Source: Zygnema circumcarinatum SAG 698-1b (taxonomy: Eukaryota > Plantae > Zygnematophyceae). From it: a stretch of DNA of 64,000 nt. The position numbers and the translations under genes are program-made. Under the pieces are notes generated by a model, which did not search any database, had not been told where the DNA came from, and saw only the letters and a program-made list of their open reading frames with translations. The DNA is taken from NCBI GenBank assembly GCA_037447605.1, contig CM074804.1, positions 7,789,909 to 7,853,908 of the forward strand, in the 5' to 3' direction. This document shows, piece after piece, positions 61,701-64,000 of this stretch. Position 1 is the stretch's first letter. Every line of letters starts with the position of its first letter.

Positions 61701-63811
61701 TCTGACCTTTGGCTATCCTTGTTTCTGCAAAAGTGGAAATCTGCTTTCTTGCTAGGCTACGGATATCAATTCTTAAATCTCTTTTCTATACGTAGATCTT
61801 ACCACACTCTGGGTTGCAGAGAAGGTTTTATGCATCAGTATTTTCTTTAACTTACGTGGTCACTCACAAATCTGCAAAGGTGCCAGGGCTAGGCGAGCAT
61901 GAGAATTACCATGAGTATTGCCGCCTCCTAGGACGGCTGAAGACAAATTATCAGGTGAGCATAGGAGTTTGGCTGCGGGGGTGCGTCCTACTCTGACTAT
62001 TTCTGATTAGTGGAATGAGTGGCCTGGTTCATATTGTCCGCTCTCTCGCATAGGCTGATCGTAAGTTGAGTTCTGTGCATTGGCTGCTATCGTGTAGCAT
62101 GTGGCATGTGTGGATGATGAGAGATCATAGTGCAGCTGCATCCTCATGAATAGTTGGTCGGGGGAGGGGCTGAATGAGTCTATTTGAATTCATGCAATTG
62201 AATGCCCATTTTTTTTAGCTGATTGAGATACAAGTGGAATGAATGTGAATAGCTGTCGGAGCTTGTAAACGTGGAGAATTACGGCGACTGGGTTCGACTT
62301 GTAGCTGAATTCACCATTCAATCACTTCAGTCATGGCAGGTGAGCGGAGCTATCCACTGTGTAGCGAGAGTCTAGTCGGAGGAGCATTTTGTCCAGCAAT
62401 TGTCAATTGTTTCCGTTTTCTTCTCCATGTTGAGGACCTCTCCTTTGTTGGTATCAAGGTTAATGTGGGCCAGTCAGACTGGAGCACCACGATTATGTTT
62501 GCAATCACAATGTTTAGCTAGGTGCAATATTGAAAACAGGGCCTTGCCAGCAACATTCATTTCCCAACGAGGAGCTTGCCAAGGAACTTAGTTGTACTAT
62601 CGTAAGGAGCTTTAGGGGCTTTAGTGACTTTAGAGGCTCATTAGAGGCTTTGTATGCAACGACAACGAAGCCAAGCTGGGAACGTTGAGCTGTTGCTCTA
62701 GAGTTCTGAAGTGCTGTGGTGGTTATACGTAAATTCCAGCTTAATGCCACCTTGGAGTTCTCTTATGTCTACCAAGAGCTACGAATGGTTTTCTATTCGT
62801 TTAAAAATGGGGAAGATGCCTGAGAGGTGAAAGTTTTGTGGGTCGTTGTGGATGGCTGCAGTGGGCAAGCGGCAGTGTTTACTACCTGCTTGGGCTATGG
62901 TCCAGGCTTGTCTCGTCCATGCCGTATCTGAAGAGTGACTCGCCGAGCCTTTTGGAAAGTTATGTGCCTAAAATCACAGAAGCGTACATTACCTCAAGGC
63001 TAGACTCTGTACAGGTATACATTCGACGTCTTTGACGTTTCCTGTGGATGCTTCTAAATATCTTGATTGTGAGTTTGGCTGTGCATGTTGTTTGACCGAA
63101 GCAACCGGTTAGCCTGCTCCAACTCTGTCGTGTAACATGGGGTCTTTCCTTAGTCAGCCTTGTATATCTCTCAAGTGCTGTAGCTTCCCCGTGCGGATGA
63201 TGTTTTGGACTCCATTCGCATGCTTTATTTTGCTAGAAATCAACCCAATCCAATGTATGGTGCGTTCAAACCTTACGAAGATTTAGACTTCTTGTTTCTG
63301 CAGGCTGTGCTTCAAAACAACATCCCTGAAGATCCTTTGGACAATGAGGAGCAACTGCAAGACCAACTAGACAGTCTACCATATCTGTGCCGGTTTCAGG
63401 CAAGCAATTTTGGCCAAATCCTATATTTATCTCCTTCGGTGAATGTGAAGCCAACACATGGCAGCTGTAAATGCAGCTTAATGTGGGCATCGTCGTCTGA
63501 GGTCATTCCAATAGTTTGTGATGACTTCTGTGATGGAGGAGGCTTTTTTGTTTCATTCGTTGACCACAAAGAAATGCTTGTGGCCATTGGCAAAGCCTCG
63601 ATTGCTATCAGAGTCGTCTCCTATGATTCGTCGAATGGAGGCAATTTCCTGTGATTTGTACTTTCATGATTGTAATGCTTATGCAATTTTTCATGTAAGA
63701 TTTTTTTTCCGTTAGATTGCCAACATTCGTTCGCCTTCACTGTTTTTGCAGTATGAGAAAACAAGCAAGTACATTATCGCCCTCCTGGAGCCCGTTTTAC
63801 AAGCTTTCACT
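58771..63811 (+). CDS. XPO7: Exportin-7 / RanBP16-family karyopherin, 5' part (continues past the window end)
   Basis: Exons: 58771-59011, 59196-59356, 59810-59875, 60100-60217, 60445-60554, 60756-60851, 61461-61584, 61887-61954, 62253-62339, 62862-63014, 63304-63399, 63752-63811. Motifs: MESLAQLETLCERLYNS...[93 protein letters not shown]. Confidence 0.96.
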
Positions 63812-64000
63812 GTAAGTTTCAACTCTTGCCATTTCTTCGAAGTTACTGTGGAAGGTAGGTCAGTTACTGTTGTGGAACTGAGGTTGCGGAAGACCGCGAG
63901 ATCTACCTTGACCTATACATTTTTGTCGTTTCATGCATGTGTCTGGAACACAGTCCTTTCTTCTAAACTTCTTACATTTCTACGTTTCTCGTTCCTGTGT

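Overview
Eukaryotic, intron-rich nuclear DNA from a streptophyte. A charophyte alga or bryophyte is likely, but this is inferred from gene content only. I traced splice sites by eye. Genes in order: the 5' part of an unidentified minus-strand gene (ATG ~1253, runs off the left edge); an acidic protein ending in an RPN10-like LPGVDP module (5695-8232, -); a CHASE-domain hybrid histidine kinase of the cytokinin-receptor type whose terminal receiver has Asp->Ala at the phosphoacceptor (10419-17642, -); an LEA_2/NHL protein (19365-21090, -); COX19 (22575-23628, -; not recognisable in the ORF track); a HEATR5/SWEETIE ortholog (25019-46095, +); importin beta-1 (47033-49823, +); a DRIP/BMI1-type RING + coiled-coil gene (51649-54264, +); a chimeric CXC/coiled-coil/kinesin-14 remnant lacking the motor core (54911-55771, -); and exportin-7 (58771 to the right edge, +). 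Non-autonomous DNA transposons lie only in intergenic or promoter regions. They include a hAT MITE with an 8-bp TSD and a nest of Tc1/mariner-type MITEs whose TA duplication is confirmed by an empty paralogous site within the window. A 22 x 34-bp minisatellite fills most of one HEATR5 intron. Best leads: the CXC-kinesin chimera, the pseudo-receiver CHASE kinase, the stand-alone RPN10 C-terminal-like module and the nested MITE foldback.
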